The notes under the pieces were generated by a model. That model was not told where the DNA came from, made no database searches, and worked only from the letters and a program-made list of their open reading frames with translations. A stretch of DNA of 64,000 bases, from positions 17,765 to 81,764 of the forward strand of contig MU004186.1 in NCBI GenBank assembly GCA_010093605.1, written 5' to 3'. The translations under genes and the position numbers were made by a program. This DNA comes from Lophium mytilinum (lineage: Eukaryota). Positions 1 to 12,660 of this stretch are shown in pieces; the stretch's first letter is position 1; every line of letters starts with the position of its first letter.

Positions 1-3000
1 GTTATGCTATATATAATTCTTAAAGGTTAATTTTCTCTATATTAAACTCGCTTCTCCCTATCTAACTCTAACCCTCTAGCCTCTATAATAGTACCTTTAG
101 CTAGTATATCTACTATATACTAGTATAGTATAAATATCTACTCTAGCTATTAATTCTCTTACTCTAGCTAGAATATAATCTCTATATAGTTAGAACCTTC
201 TATAGAAAATAGAAACTACTTAGCTTATATTTAATACTTTAGCTACTATTTAGAAGAAAGAACTCTTTTATTACTAGAATAGTTAAGAAATATAAAGCCT
301 AGTATAGTAATACTAGAGTTATCTATAATATTATTAAGGGTAAACTAGAAAATACTTAAGTTTCTTTTATTACCTATAAGAATATTATATATTAGTATCT
401 ATCTTACCTCTAGAAATAAGCCCTTTATACTAGCCTAGAAGTTAGAAATATATAGCTTAATTATTTTATAGAGTAGAATATTTTTCTACTACTCTACTAT
501 ATTCTAGATATTTTTATTTTATACTACCTTTATAAGATACCTATAAATATTAAGTATAAACTCTACTAGAGAAAAAGTCCCCCTAATTATAAAGTTATTT
601 ATTATATTTTATATATTTATAATAATAGTAGTTTTATACTTCTCTTTTTAGTCTATATAGGTATTAGTAATAGTCTAGATAACTATAAACTAACTAAGTT
701 TAATTATAGCTAAGAGGTAGCTAGAGTATACTTTAGGCTAGGCCTAGCTAGTATCTATAACTATAATAAGGGTAAGTACTAGAGTTAATAGAGCTTTATA
801 CTTATCTACCTAGATATAGTAGTATAGTAGAAATATATAAAACTTAAAATAGTACTATAGTAGTACTATATTAGTAACCTCTAGCTCTATTATATAGATT
901 ATAGCTATATAGGTAGTAGTAGCTATATCTAGAGTAGACTACTTTTCTTACTAGTAGTTTAGTAGCTAGTATACTAGATCTAGCCTAGAGAGGTTTTACT
1001 AGATATAGATAAAAAATATAAGTACTTTCTACTAGAGATAGTAGTAGTTAAAGAATAAAATATCTTTCTAGTAGAAGAGTAGAGACTTATATTTAGTTTC
1101 TACTAAGTTACGCGTAGCCTAGAATTATACTATTATTCTAGCGTTACTTATAGTACTATTTATCTAATAATAAAGGTAATATATTATACTATAAATAGTA
1201 ACTAGGCCTCTCTTAAATAGAATCTTACTACTTAGCTTATTAATAAGGTCTAGTAACGCCTTTATATTCTAGCTATTAAGCGCGTAGTACTACCGGGTTT
1301 ACTCTAGCTAGGGTAGCTACTTTTTATCTTTAATACTAAGCTAGATATTAAATATAGTATACTAGGTAGTAAACTTAGCTTCTACTTTATCTAGTATATA
1401 CTAAAGTTAGATATTAAAGGGGTCTATTTACTCTATACTCTCTCTAGACTCTAGACCCGCTACTAATATCTTAATATAGCGGCTACTAGCGTATACTATT
1501 TAGTAAACTAGAATAACTCTTATTAGAATTAGAGTTTAATTATACGCTATATATCTAGTAGTATCTATTAGCTACCTCTACTACTTATACTAGTTCTAGT
1601 TATAGTACTACTTAGAATACTTTTCTAGTATATTTATATTCTTATATATTCTACTATACTTATAGAGTACTAGCTAATACTAGATAGAATTCTAGTATAT
1701 TAGAATATATAGAAGAAGTATAGCGCCTTTAAACTAGATAGAAAAGTTATAATCTTATAAGAGGGAATAGCTCTTACTAAACTAGTTAACTTTATTCTAG
1801 ATCTAGATAGCATCTTTAAAGCGGGTAATAGAGTACTTTTCTTTTCTTCTCTTCTTACTATCTATATAGGCTTAGACTTTACTAAACTATAAAGTATAGC
1901 TATATACTAGGCCCTTATATATAATTACCTACTAATTAAAAAGATATACTAATAGTTTTAATAATATTAGTATATAAAATTTACTAAGATTTATTTATAC
2001 TATATACTAGGTAATCTAGCCTTATAAAAGGTAGCTAGTATAAAGTCTATACTATTAGGCTTTTCTAGTTATACTATTATAGATATAGTAGCTATAGTAA
2101 TTATTATATTAATAGAAATAGTTATTATAATTTATATAGTATAGTAAGCGTAGTATTTATTTTATTATATAAAGATAGATAAAATTAGAGGTATATATAA
2201 AGTATTTAGTTAGTAAGCTTTTTTTCTATTCTAAACGCGCTAGTATATAAGGCTATTAATTCTCTACCCTCTATTTTTCTCTACTTTATATTTAATTCTC
2301 TACCTTATTAATTATAGCTAAACGCGCGCTAATTAGATATAATATCTAACTAAGGCCTATTTTAGTAGGTACCCTTCTTAAGTAGCTGCGCAACTATATC
2401 TTAGAAAAGAGAACCTTTACTATCTAGCTAGATAATATATAATATAAGTTAAAACCTAGCTTCTTTTCTAAATTTCTATACTATATACTATAGTAGATTA
2501 TATAGTACTCTATTTTATCTATCTACTATCTACTTCTCTAAGCTATTACTATACTTAATAATCTAACCGCCGCCGTCTACTAAGCCTCTAGGGGGATAAT
2601 ATCTAATAATAATAAGAATAAAGTTCTAGGTAATAGTAGAACCTCTATTCTTTAAAGGGAGCCTAGGGCTAATAAATATAAGTTAGATTATAGAGAAAGC
2701 TTCTCTATAAAAGATAATATAGAACTATTTTTAGTTAGGTAGGCCCTAGGCTTTTAAGATTAAAAGAGGAGATATAATAGGTTAAAGTCTAAAGAGTTAA
2801 ATAAAGATAAAAGGCTAGTAAAATAGGTAACTAGTTCTATAGTTAGAATATTAATAGTTACTAGAAATAATTAGTAGAGGCTTACTAAAGCTAAATATAA
2901 GGTAGATATAGTATATAAAGCCGCCTTTACTACTAAGCTAAATAAGATTATAGTAGAATACTATAGTATTTAAGAGAAGGTATAGCTTACTTAGCTAGAA

Positions 3001-5775
3001 AAGTAATTAGTATTTTATAGAAATTAAGTAGGTAGAAACTTTACTAATATAGTAATATTCCGCGCTAGATAGTTAATAGAGTAGAGTTTATTCTAGAATC
3101 TCTATATTATTATTAAGTACTAGTACTAATACTTAGCCTTTTTAGATATTACTATAAGATAGTAGTATATAAATATTAGAAATATTATTATATAGGCCTA
3201 GAATAACTATCTATTCTTTACTACTTATGCCCGGAATATAGACTAAGTATTTAACTCTTTTACTAAGGTATATCTAACTATTATACTATATAACTCTATT
3301 AGTACTATTTTAGATCTACTATACTACTATACTCTTACCCGCCTATATTAGAAGTATAAGAATACTAACTATATACTAAAGAGTTATAAGTAGAAATAGC
3401 TTATAAAAAGGGCGCGTAGTATTAGTAATATAATACTAATTAAGTAATAGCTATATAATAAGGTGCGCTCTAGTACTATATATACTATCTTATTTTATTA
3501 TACTAGTACTAACTCTCTATCTAAGCTATCTAATACTAATAATAATAACCCTAAGCCTAATACTAAGTAGTAGAACTGCTTTAATTAGAATCTTACTTAA
3601 GGTAAGCGCTAGTATACTATATTTAATACTCTTAGTCTAGGTATATTTATACTAGTTTTAAGCTTAGTTATTTCTAATATCTAGCTAGAGTAAACCCTAA
3701 CTAAGCTATAGTTTATAACTTTTCTACTTCTTCTTAAGAAGAAGTTTTAAGCTATAGTATATCTAGAAGAGCTAGTTACCCTATTTATTACTACTGCCCT
3801 TTCTAGGGTAAATTCTTCTCCCCGCTAGCTACTATTTAAGAATATATTAGAAGAGAATATCTTTTTTATTAGTAGTTTTGCGCTTATAGTAGAAGAGTTA
3901 TAAGAGAAGCTAGAGCTTCTATCTAGAAGTACTCTATGCCTAATATAAAGTAGATTAGTTACTTCTAGTTAATATATAATATTTAAATCTATAATACCTA
4001 ACTATATAATAAAATTATAAGTTTAATAATCTATTTTAATCTTTATTACTATATATAGCTTTCTACTACTATATATATATACTAGTAAGAATAACTAGAT
4101 AAACTATAATATTCTATTTCTTATAGGTTATCTACTTTAGTAGATTAAACCTTAAGTTATAACTATTAAAGAGTTAGATAGGCTTATTACTATCTATAAA
4201 GATATTATAAAATCTATATTCTATCTTATTAGAGAAGCTAGCTATAGAATTAAGTAGAAGGTTATAAATATAGTAGATTTTAGTATTACCTAAAGGTAAA
4301 AGCGGCTAATTATTATTATAGCGCAGTAATTTAAATTTTAAACCTATATTTATAATATAAACTCTAATAAATTCTATTTAGTTGCGGGACCCTACTACTA
4401 CTATTCTTAAAATCTACCTATAGAGTGCCCGGGTCTAGGCTTAAGTATTTTAATTTAGAGCCTTTTTACTTATACCCTATAATAGATAATTATTATTATA
4501 ATTTAAAAGCTAAGGCTAGGCTTTATAATAAGCCTTATAACCTAAAAACTAAGATACTTCTAATAATAATATATAATAGGGGAGATAACTAGTATTATAA
4601 TAGATAGAGAAACTTTACTATCTAGAAATTTATATATTTATAAGACTTTTAAATTAGGTTTTACCTTACTAGAAGCCTAATAAAAGTATTATATATAGTT
4701 AGTAACGCTTAGCTATCTACTATAGCTAAGGCGGTCTTTAAATAAGTTAGGTATACTCTAGAAGTATTTAATAGAGGTAAAATTAGTAGAGAAAATATAC
4801 TATTACCCTTTAATATTAAAGAATCTAACTTCTAGAAACCTTATTATATTTAAAGATAATAACCTAATAAAACCTAATTAGTATTAATTCTTTAAATAAG
4901 AAGGTAAAACCCTCTTTATTTTCTTTATTACCTAGTAGTTATATAAAATCTAAATAGTAGTTATTTAGAGAATTAAGTACTTTATACTTTAAGTATTAGC
5001 TTTTAAATTATATATTTAGATTTTAATAAATATTCTATTTCTAGAGTAGACCCGGCTACTCTCTAGCTTAATATTTATAAAGTAACCCCCTAATACTTTT
5101 AGGCTCTTAAATAAGTAGATATAGAAGTAGCTTCTCTATTAGCTCTCTTAAAGGCCTTAAACTTATTAATTTAACTAATAACTCTCTACTAACCTTTTAA
5201 AAGTTCTAATTAAGTAGCTCTATAAGCTTTTCTTTATTATTAGAATAGCTTAGTTTCTAAAGCTTACTAATAATATATACTCTATCTAGGGTTTCTAGTT
5301 ATACTCTTTTCTCTCTATAGGCTACTATAATAAATTAACTAAGCTTATCTCTAGCTCTAAGTATAAATAGATATATAGTTTTATTTTTAATTAGTAGCTC
5401 TATAGGTAGACCTTATATTAGATTTTTAAAAGAGCCTTTATTTCTTTCTAGCTCTATATTATACTACTAGGTATCTTTCTACCTTCTTAAGGTTACTAAA
5501 TATATAGACTTAACTAAAGATTAAAGTAACCCTCTATATATAGGTAGAGTATACTTATAAAGTATATAATATATTAAAGTTACTATAATATAATTAATTA
5601 TATTTTTTATATCTCTCTATATATTAGTAGCTTAGCGCTATTAGTAATATTTACTTATCTTTCTTTCTTCTACTTCTACTTTCTTTATCTAGTAATTTCT
5701 AGTTTTATCTTTTATATTTAAAGTTATTTAAAGAGTATTCTATAGACTATATAATACTAGTACTCTTAAAAGTAG

Positions 5776-5945
5776 CCTAGGTAGAGTTTATAGTATATAT
5801 TTAAATACTATTCTTAGAAGCGGACCTAGTAAAGTTTATAGTACGCGTTTAAATACTATTTTTAGAAGTAGATCTAGTAAAGTTTATAGTATATATTCTA
5901 TTACTACTCTCTACTATAGAGTTAATCTAGTAAACTTTATAGTAG
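5776..5945. repeat. 48-bp tandem repeat, 3-4 RIP-mutated copies
   Basis: AGTTTATAGT recurs at 5785, 5833 and 5881 (48-bp period), with CTAGTAAAGTTTATAGT...TTTAAATACTATT shared between copies. Confidence 0.75.
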
Positions 5946-7379
5946 CTACTCTCTATATACCTATAGTATACTCTACTTATATTAATATAGATATAGGGCC
6001 CTAATACTATATCTTAAATATCTAAATTCTAGCTACTTACTATATAAATTATAGTTAAGAGCTATATATTCTATAATATTAAACTAGATTAAGTATAACT
6101 AGTATATTATTACTATTATATAGAGAAAGATAGATATATTTTTAAAGTTCTCTAGATAGTACTAGATAAAGCTAATAAGCTCTTTATAATAATAATTAGC
6201 TTTCTTTAAATAAATTTCTACTTACTACCTCTAAAGTAGTAGTAGAGTAGCTCTTTCTAGGCTTCTCTTCTCTAGTAAATCCCTACTAGACTTAAGCTAA
6301 TTTCTAATTATATACTTCTTCTCTTAATCTTTAATCTTCTAGAGTACTAGAATTTTAAGAACCTTAGCTCTATATATAGAATAACTTAATATATATATTA
6401 CTATATATACTTAGATATATAGTTATCTAAATATATAATAGTAGAAGAGAATAATTACTTTATATCTATATTTAGATTTATAGTACTACTACTTATATAT
6501 TTAATACTATCTCTATAACTAGATTATATTATACTCTATATACTAGATTATAAAGCCTACTAGTAGATACACCCTCTTTTTAAGTTTTAGTAGGGTTAAG
6601 ATACTAAGTCTAGTAGTAGTCTTATTAGTTAAAACTAATACGCCCTAGTTATTCTATATATAAGAGAATACTATATATCTAACTAGAAGTACTACCTAGA
6701 TAGTAATTAGCTAGGGGTATTTATTTAACTACCTATTTCTTTCTTTATTACTAGAATTTACCCGCTAGTATATTACCTTATATAGAGTAGTATAGGCTAT
6801 AATAAAGGTATAGTAGTAGTAAAGTATTCTTATATATTGCTTATTATACTCTATAACTTCTATTTTAATAATTCTCTCTATATTATAGTAGTAAGCTTTT
6901 CTATCTAGTAATTTCTCTTCTAGCTATAGAGTTTAGTATAGCTAATAAAGGGGCGTAGTAAGAATAGAAAACTAACCTAATATTTAGAAGCTACTAAGTA
7001 AGATAGATAAAAATAATATAAGCTAGTTAGTTACTATTTATACTTTCTAGTTTAAAGGGTTTATATACTTATTAAATAGACGCTATAGAGAGCTAATATA
7101 ATTAGAATACTATATCTCTCTATATAGCTAGTTATCTAGATATAGAATATACTAATTAAATAAGCTACTAGCTAAAATTATTAAGGCTAAAGGTATTAAT
7201 ATATCTACTAAAAGTAATAATATAGTAACTATACCGCGGTAGAATATAAAGGTTAAGAGTAGTCTAGTTTATAAGCTAAAATAATTCTTAGTAGTAGTAC
7301 TAATCTACTCTATAACTAATTTCTATAAGCTTTACTAACTATATATATACTATTTATAGCTTTAACCTTATTCCTTTTT

Positions 7380-7515
7380 TTTAGTAATTTCTATTACTTT
7401 ATATAGCTTTACTAACTCTATTATTTAGTACTTTCTATTATTTTATATAGCTTTACTAACTCTATTATTTAGTAATTTCTATTATTTTATATAGCTTTAC
7501 TAACTCTATTATTTA
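7380..7515. repeat. ~44-bp tandem repeat x3
   Basis: TATATAGCTTTACTAACTCTATTATTT occurs three times at ~44-bp spacing. Confidence 0.8.
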
Positions 7516-10224
7516 CTTTTAATTTTCTCTACTTATTTTTATAACTAATAACTAGAAAGAGGCTTAGTTTTACCTTAAAAAGGGTTATAAAGCTAAATTC
7601 TAAGTAATATATTTACCTCTATATAAGTTAAACTTAACTCTACTAGTATTATATAGTAGGGGGCTTATAGATAGAATTAATAATATTTATATATTAAGAG
7701 ATAAATTCTTATAGAATTATAATATATATAGAGGGCCTAGATATATTTAAGCCTAAAGTAAATATATAACTTATAGGGGCCTTATAAATTTATAGCTTAT
7801 AAGGCGCTATATAGAAAGAATATATATAGTTTTACTATTAAGCTATATAGTTTTACTATAAGCTATCTATTTACTATAGATACTTTAGTTACCTTATACT
7901 ACTTCTTCTATTAAAGAGTTTAACTCTAAATCTATATAGCCTTATTAAAATAACTCTAAAACTCTATAGGGAAAAAAATAAAAGAAATAAAGAGTACTAT
8001 AGTATATATAGAGTTATATATTACTAGTAAAAGCTATATATAAAAGTAGTATTAAATTTAAGTTTTAAATACTAGCTATTTAGTATAGATATTTATATCT
8101 TATATAGAGAGTTTATAATATAAAAAGTTTTATATTATTACTTTAAAGCTCTATTTCTATACTACTAGCTTTCTATAGAGAGGCTATATATAGTTATACT
8201 ATTAATTTAAGGTTCTAGCGCTAGTAGTAATAGTAATACTCTATATACTTATATATAGAGTATATATATAGCCTACTATATATATAGTAAAATTTAAAAA
8301 GACTTCTAATCTATAGTATAGAATACTACTATAGTTATTTAATAGAGTAATTACTATACTCTACTAGTAGGTTAGAGTAGATAAAAGGGCCTATAGATTT
8401 ATAATAATTATCTATTATAGAGTAGAGTTTTCTAATATCTATCTTAGATTTAGCTATCTTCTAAGGTTACTAAATATATAGATAGGTATTATTATATACT
8501 TTTTACTACCTTAGATTTAAATTCTAGTATATATATATTTTTCTTTTTACTTCTTATAGTATTATATTAGCTTTTAGTATATATAATATAGATATAGAGG
8601 CCTCTAAAAAATATTAATAATATAGGCCTTTATATCTAGTAGATAATATACTTATAGAAAGGCTATATATAGTATTACTATAGTATTATATAGTCTTTTA
8701 TTATATATAATATCTATAGAGGGCCTATATTCTAAAAAGAAAGTATAAAATAGAGGTAATATAATTATTCTTAGATCTTATAGTATAGAAATATCTTTAA
8801 TAGCCTTTTAGAGCCTTTAGAATCTTAGTACTACTATTTAAATATTTATATATATAGTATTAGGAGTTATACTAATATTATCTATATATATATTATATTA
8901 TTATTATAATTTAGTAGCTAGTAGCTATATAATCTAGTAGTAACCCTAATTAGATTTCTAAGTATAAGAATCTAACCTAGGCTCTCTTAGCTTTTTCTTC
9001 TCTATACTCTACTTCTTTAAAAGGTTTTAAATAGAAAAAGACTTAAAAGTATCTATACTCTTACTACTTAATTACTTATAAGTAGAATATTATATCTTTA
9101 AAAGCGGGGTAGATATTATAGTACTATAATAAGATATTAAATAATACTAAGCTATTACTCTTTAGTATATTATTTATAAACTATTCTACTATAATAGAAA
9201 ATATATTAACTAATTCTAGAAAACCTCTATAATTATCTAGCGTAGTTATATTTTTAATATTTACTTAAGCCTATTCTAAATATAAGAAAATAATAAAGTA
9301 ATTTATAGATATATATAAATAAATATAGAAGCTAAAAGATAAAAGAAAAAACTACCTAAGTTATTATAGAATAATTATATAATCTAATATAAGATAGAAT
9401 TTATTAACTACTATAATAAGTTCTTTAAAAATAGAAATAAATCTATTTTATATAATAAGTTTTATAACTCTATTAATAAGTATAAGTTTAAAAAATAGGT
9501 TCTTAACCTAGAAAGTCTTAAGCTAGTACTTAAGTAAACTATAACTACTTTAAACTTAACTATATTTACTCTTTCTATTTACCGCCTACTACTATCTTCT
9601 ATAGAGTTTAGTAACCTAAAGTAGACTTATAAATCTCTTTTTTAGTAGCCTTTAAGTATAGCGTCTATACTAGAAAGTAGGCACTTTTAAATATTACTAC
9701 TCTCTACTCTATTCTAGAAACTAAAAAGTAAGCTAACTCTATTTACTATAAGTGCGGTTTAGTTATATTATAATATAAGGTAAGTTACTAACTAAATATT
9801 AGGCTAAGAATAAAAATAATTATTCTAAATTAAAGGCTAGAATATATAGATATATAGATAAGAAGGCTTACTATAAAGTAAGATCTAAAACTTATTTATA
9901 AGTATATAGATAAGATTACTCTAAAGTAATAACTATAATCTATAGTTAAATAAATAAAAGAGGCCTTTTTTAAGGGTCTATAGATAACTATAAGTATAAA
10001 AATATAGTTAAGGCTAGAGATAGATATATATAGCCTCTTTTATAGAAAATATTAGTATAATATATAGATAGATATATACTAACTAAGTAAGTTATATAGC
10101 TAAATATATAGTATAAATTATATATTTTAAAAGAGGTTAGTATTTTTAGTATAGAAAGGTAGTTAAAAGAAGAAGCCTAAAAAGAAGTAGTACTATATAT
10201 CTAGTAGCTATTTTTTCTTTTTAT

Positions 10225-10680
10225 CTATTAGAAATCTACTACTACTAAGAATATTAAAGAAGGTACTATATACCTAGTAGCTACCTTCCCCCTTTACTTA
10301 TCTAGAATCTACTGTTATCTACCTTCTACTACTACTAAGCAGGGCTTAGAGTTAATTAAACAGAGGGTACGATCGAGTTAATCTCGGGCCTTACAGTACC
10401 GTGTACGGTGGCATGGCCTTACAGTTGGTCCGAGATTAACTAGAAGCTCCTAATTAGTCGATTAAACCCGGGCCCTGCCACCGAGGACTTTAAAGATAGC
10501 ATTGCTATACCTTTAAATAGCTATCTCCTCCCTGCACTCACTAGGAATCCACTGCCACCAAGGACTTTAAAGATAGCCCTGCTACACATCCAAGCAGCTG
10601 CCTCATCCCTTCACTCACCAGGAATCTACTGCCACCGAGGACCTCGAAGAAGGCACTGCTACACCTCCAAGCCAGCATCT
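10225..10680 (+). repeat. ~77-bp tandem repeat (GAATCTACTGCCACCGAGGAC...) spanning the RIP boundary and interrupted by a MITE
   Basis: Unmutated-looking copies at ~10544 and ~10621. Copies to the left are progressively C>T/G>A mutated (AAATCTACTACTACTAAGAAT). Confidence 0.75.
10340..10477. mobile_element. 138-bp hAT-type MITE
   Basis: Termini CAGGGC...GCCCTG. Perfect internal 12-bp inverted repeat AGTTAATCTCGG (10376-10387) / CCGAGATTAACT (10430-10441). 8-bp TSD CCACCGAG (10478-10485) versus CTACTAAG (10332-10339), differing only by C>T/G>A changes. Confidence 0.75.
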
Positions 10681-10999
10681 CAACCAATTCGGCCATCGCG
10701 TCACCACCCGTAGTCCTCAGGCACCCGGCCTGATATTCCCCCGTCCGACACCCAGCCATTTTCTTATTCATGCGCCCCCCGGAGGACTCTAGCATACGAG
10801 GTTGACCATAAAGCGCCCGCAGTCAATACTGCAGCTGCTTAGACCACTCCGGAAGGTTACGTGCCAGAAAGATTGCGACTTTTCTCGTTTGACAAACATA
10901 CACATGGAACAGAGGCAGCTTTACACACCCTTCAGTGGTCGCCCTATCCAGGTTCTAGTCCGCTACACCATCCAGCAGAGGAAGCCTCGACTCTAAACT

Positions 11000-12660
11000 A
11001 TGCTCGTGGATAACATCCCTAATCGTACCACGAGCATGTTGTGCATCCGAAACAGATACCTCCGACCCTCGACATCGACGTTTTTGCAGACCTGAGATAC
11101 GATACATGGGTCGTCCAAACTATCGTGGCCCATCTCGACAACAACGTAACCGCAAGATTCATTGGTAAGACTGGGTCAGATCACTGAACTCACTACACTG
11201 TCTCTTCAACCACAGCTGCGAATCCAATGTCAACTGGACGACTAAAGCTGACGAATGATGCTTAGTGGAGATATGGGCTTGCCCAGATGGTCAGAGAATC
11301 GGATGAAATCTATATCGGCTACTCAGAGGGTGCATCCATGTCGTCCATTAGGGACAGGTCTTCCGAGCCGGTGACGGAGGAGGCCTCTACTGCAGCGAGA
11401 TGAGCCTGCGGCTTAGATATCCAGGTTGTTGCAGCGGTCGCACAGCTGCACCGATTCGATTTCAGATGGAACGACATCTCTTCGTCTCTATCGTCTTCGT
11501 CTTTGTATCTTGACTGCGGTGAATACACTAGATCTTGCTCAAGTATTCCAGCACAGTAAGGCAGCGAAGAGTACGACGAAGGCAACAACAATAATTGAGA
11601 TGGCAGCACTGAAGATCGCTGACGCAAAATAGACGTCACGTCGTGTGGCGAGGGGGATTGGGAAGCTTTGATCCAGCGTTCAACGTATTATTGTTTCTTC
11701 TCCAGAGTTTCTCTCGTCCGCTCTCTCGGCCGTTTTCAGAAGAATTTCAATTCGCCCTTGCATATCAGATTTTGGCAACACACCCCGGGACGGAAGAAGC
11801 GCCCTTGACCGTTGAGTGCCCGCTGGCAAGTCGAGTTCTACTTCTTCTCTCGCAGAGACTGAAGCAACACTTTGAAAAGGGAGAAGAGGAGAGGGAGAGT
11901 GTGCTGGCGGAAGGCTACAGCCACGGCGCTCAATTACCCTGTAGTGCAATCTTACATGCACTGGGCAAGACTCGAGAAGACTGTGAAAAACAACACCGGC
12001 AGATTTTGGCTACATCGCGCAAGGAGCCCGGGCGCGAGGCCCCGCGTAACTGGGGAATCACGGAAGAAGCAAGTCTGAAAAAGATGAAGGATGTGCAGAA
12101 GATGAAATGGAAGAACATTGGGATTGCGTGGGCAGAAGTCCTTTTACGGTGATGAACAACGAAAACTACCCCCCGCTGCACTTTTCATGCCGTATAGCAG
12201 AGGCATATTGAACTGCGGTGGTGCTTTGGGGGCCGGACGTGGAAGCGCGAAATGCAGAATGGAACACATAGAGTCCCACCAAGGTATCTATGGTGCTCTA
12301 CGAGAGACAGATTCAGCGGTCCATGTACGCGACATTCAGAATGGCTCGCCAACGGCAACCTACCATCTCTTATCGAGTCCACAAAAGCTGTCCAGCAACC
12401 CCCTCCAGCTTCCGCAGGAGCGATCACCCGTCCCCGAACGACATCGGTCGCAGGCAGAACATGCTGAGTGCGTTGATGCATTACTGCCCAAACACAAAGA
12501 ACGTCGAACTTTCCATTGACAGCAGCTTTTGGAACTCCAAGCCCTGGACCAAAAGCGCACGCACGACCTACGAGAGTCCATCCGGAAAGTCACCATTTCT
12601 ATACCAGACAAGAGCCAAATATGGATACGATAGATTGAAATACAGAAAAGCTTCCTGAAA
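11000..12660 (+). pseudogene. Decayed gene with Myb/SANT-like repeat remnants
   Basis: ORF 11643-12152 contains ...LGKTREDCEKQHRQI...RNWGITEEASLKKMKDVQKMKWKNIG, which resembles Myb W..EE..L...W..I spacing. Surrounding frames are broken by stops. There is an intron-like GTAAG..CAG at ~11165-11214. Confidence 0.35.

Larger units (their letters stand above)
1..10330. repeat. RIP-degraded AT-rich block (relic repeats/transposons and possibly intron-containing genes; not decodable)
   Basis: Very low GC, TpA/CTAG/TATA saturation and near absence of CpA/TpG. The ORF track has no ORF here. This is the classic repeat-induced point mutation signature. Confidence 0.9.

Noticed and set aside
7772..7812. 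Hairpin TATAGGGGCCTTATAA..TTATAAGGCGCTATA as a Helitron 3' end
   Set aside because: RIP-derived TA richness inflates palindromes, and no matching terminus was identified.
1..10330. Specific transposon or Starship captain identity for the RIP block
   Set aside because: Mutation saturation prevents reading RT, integrase, DDE or tyrosine recombinase motifs by eye.
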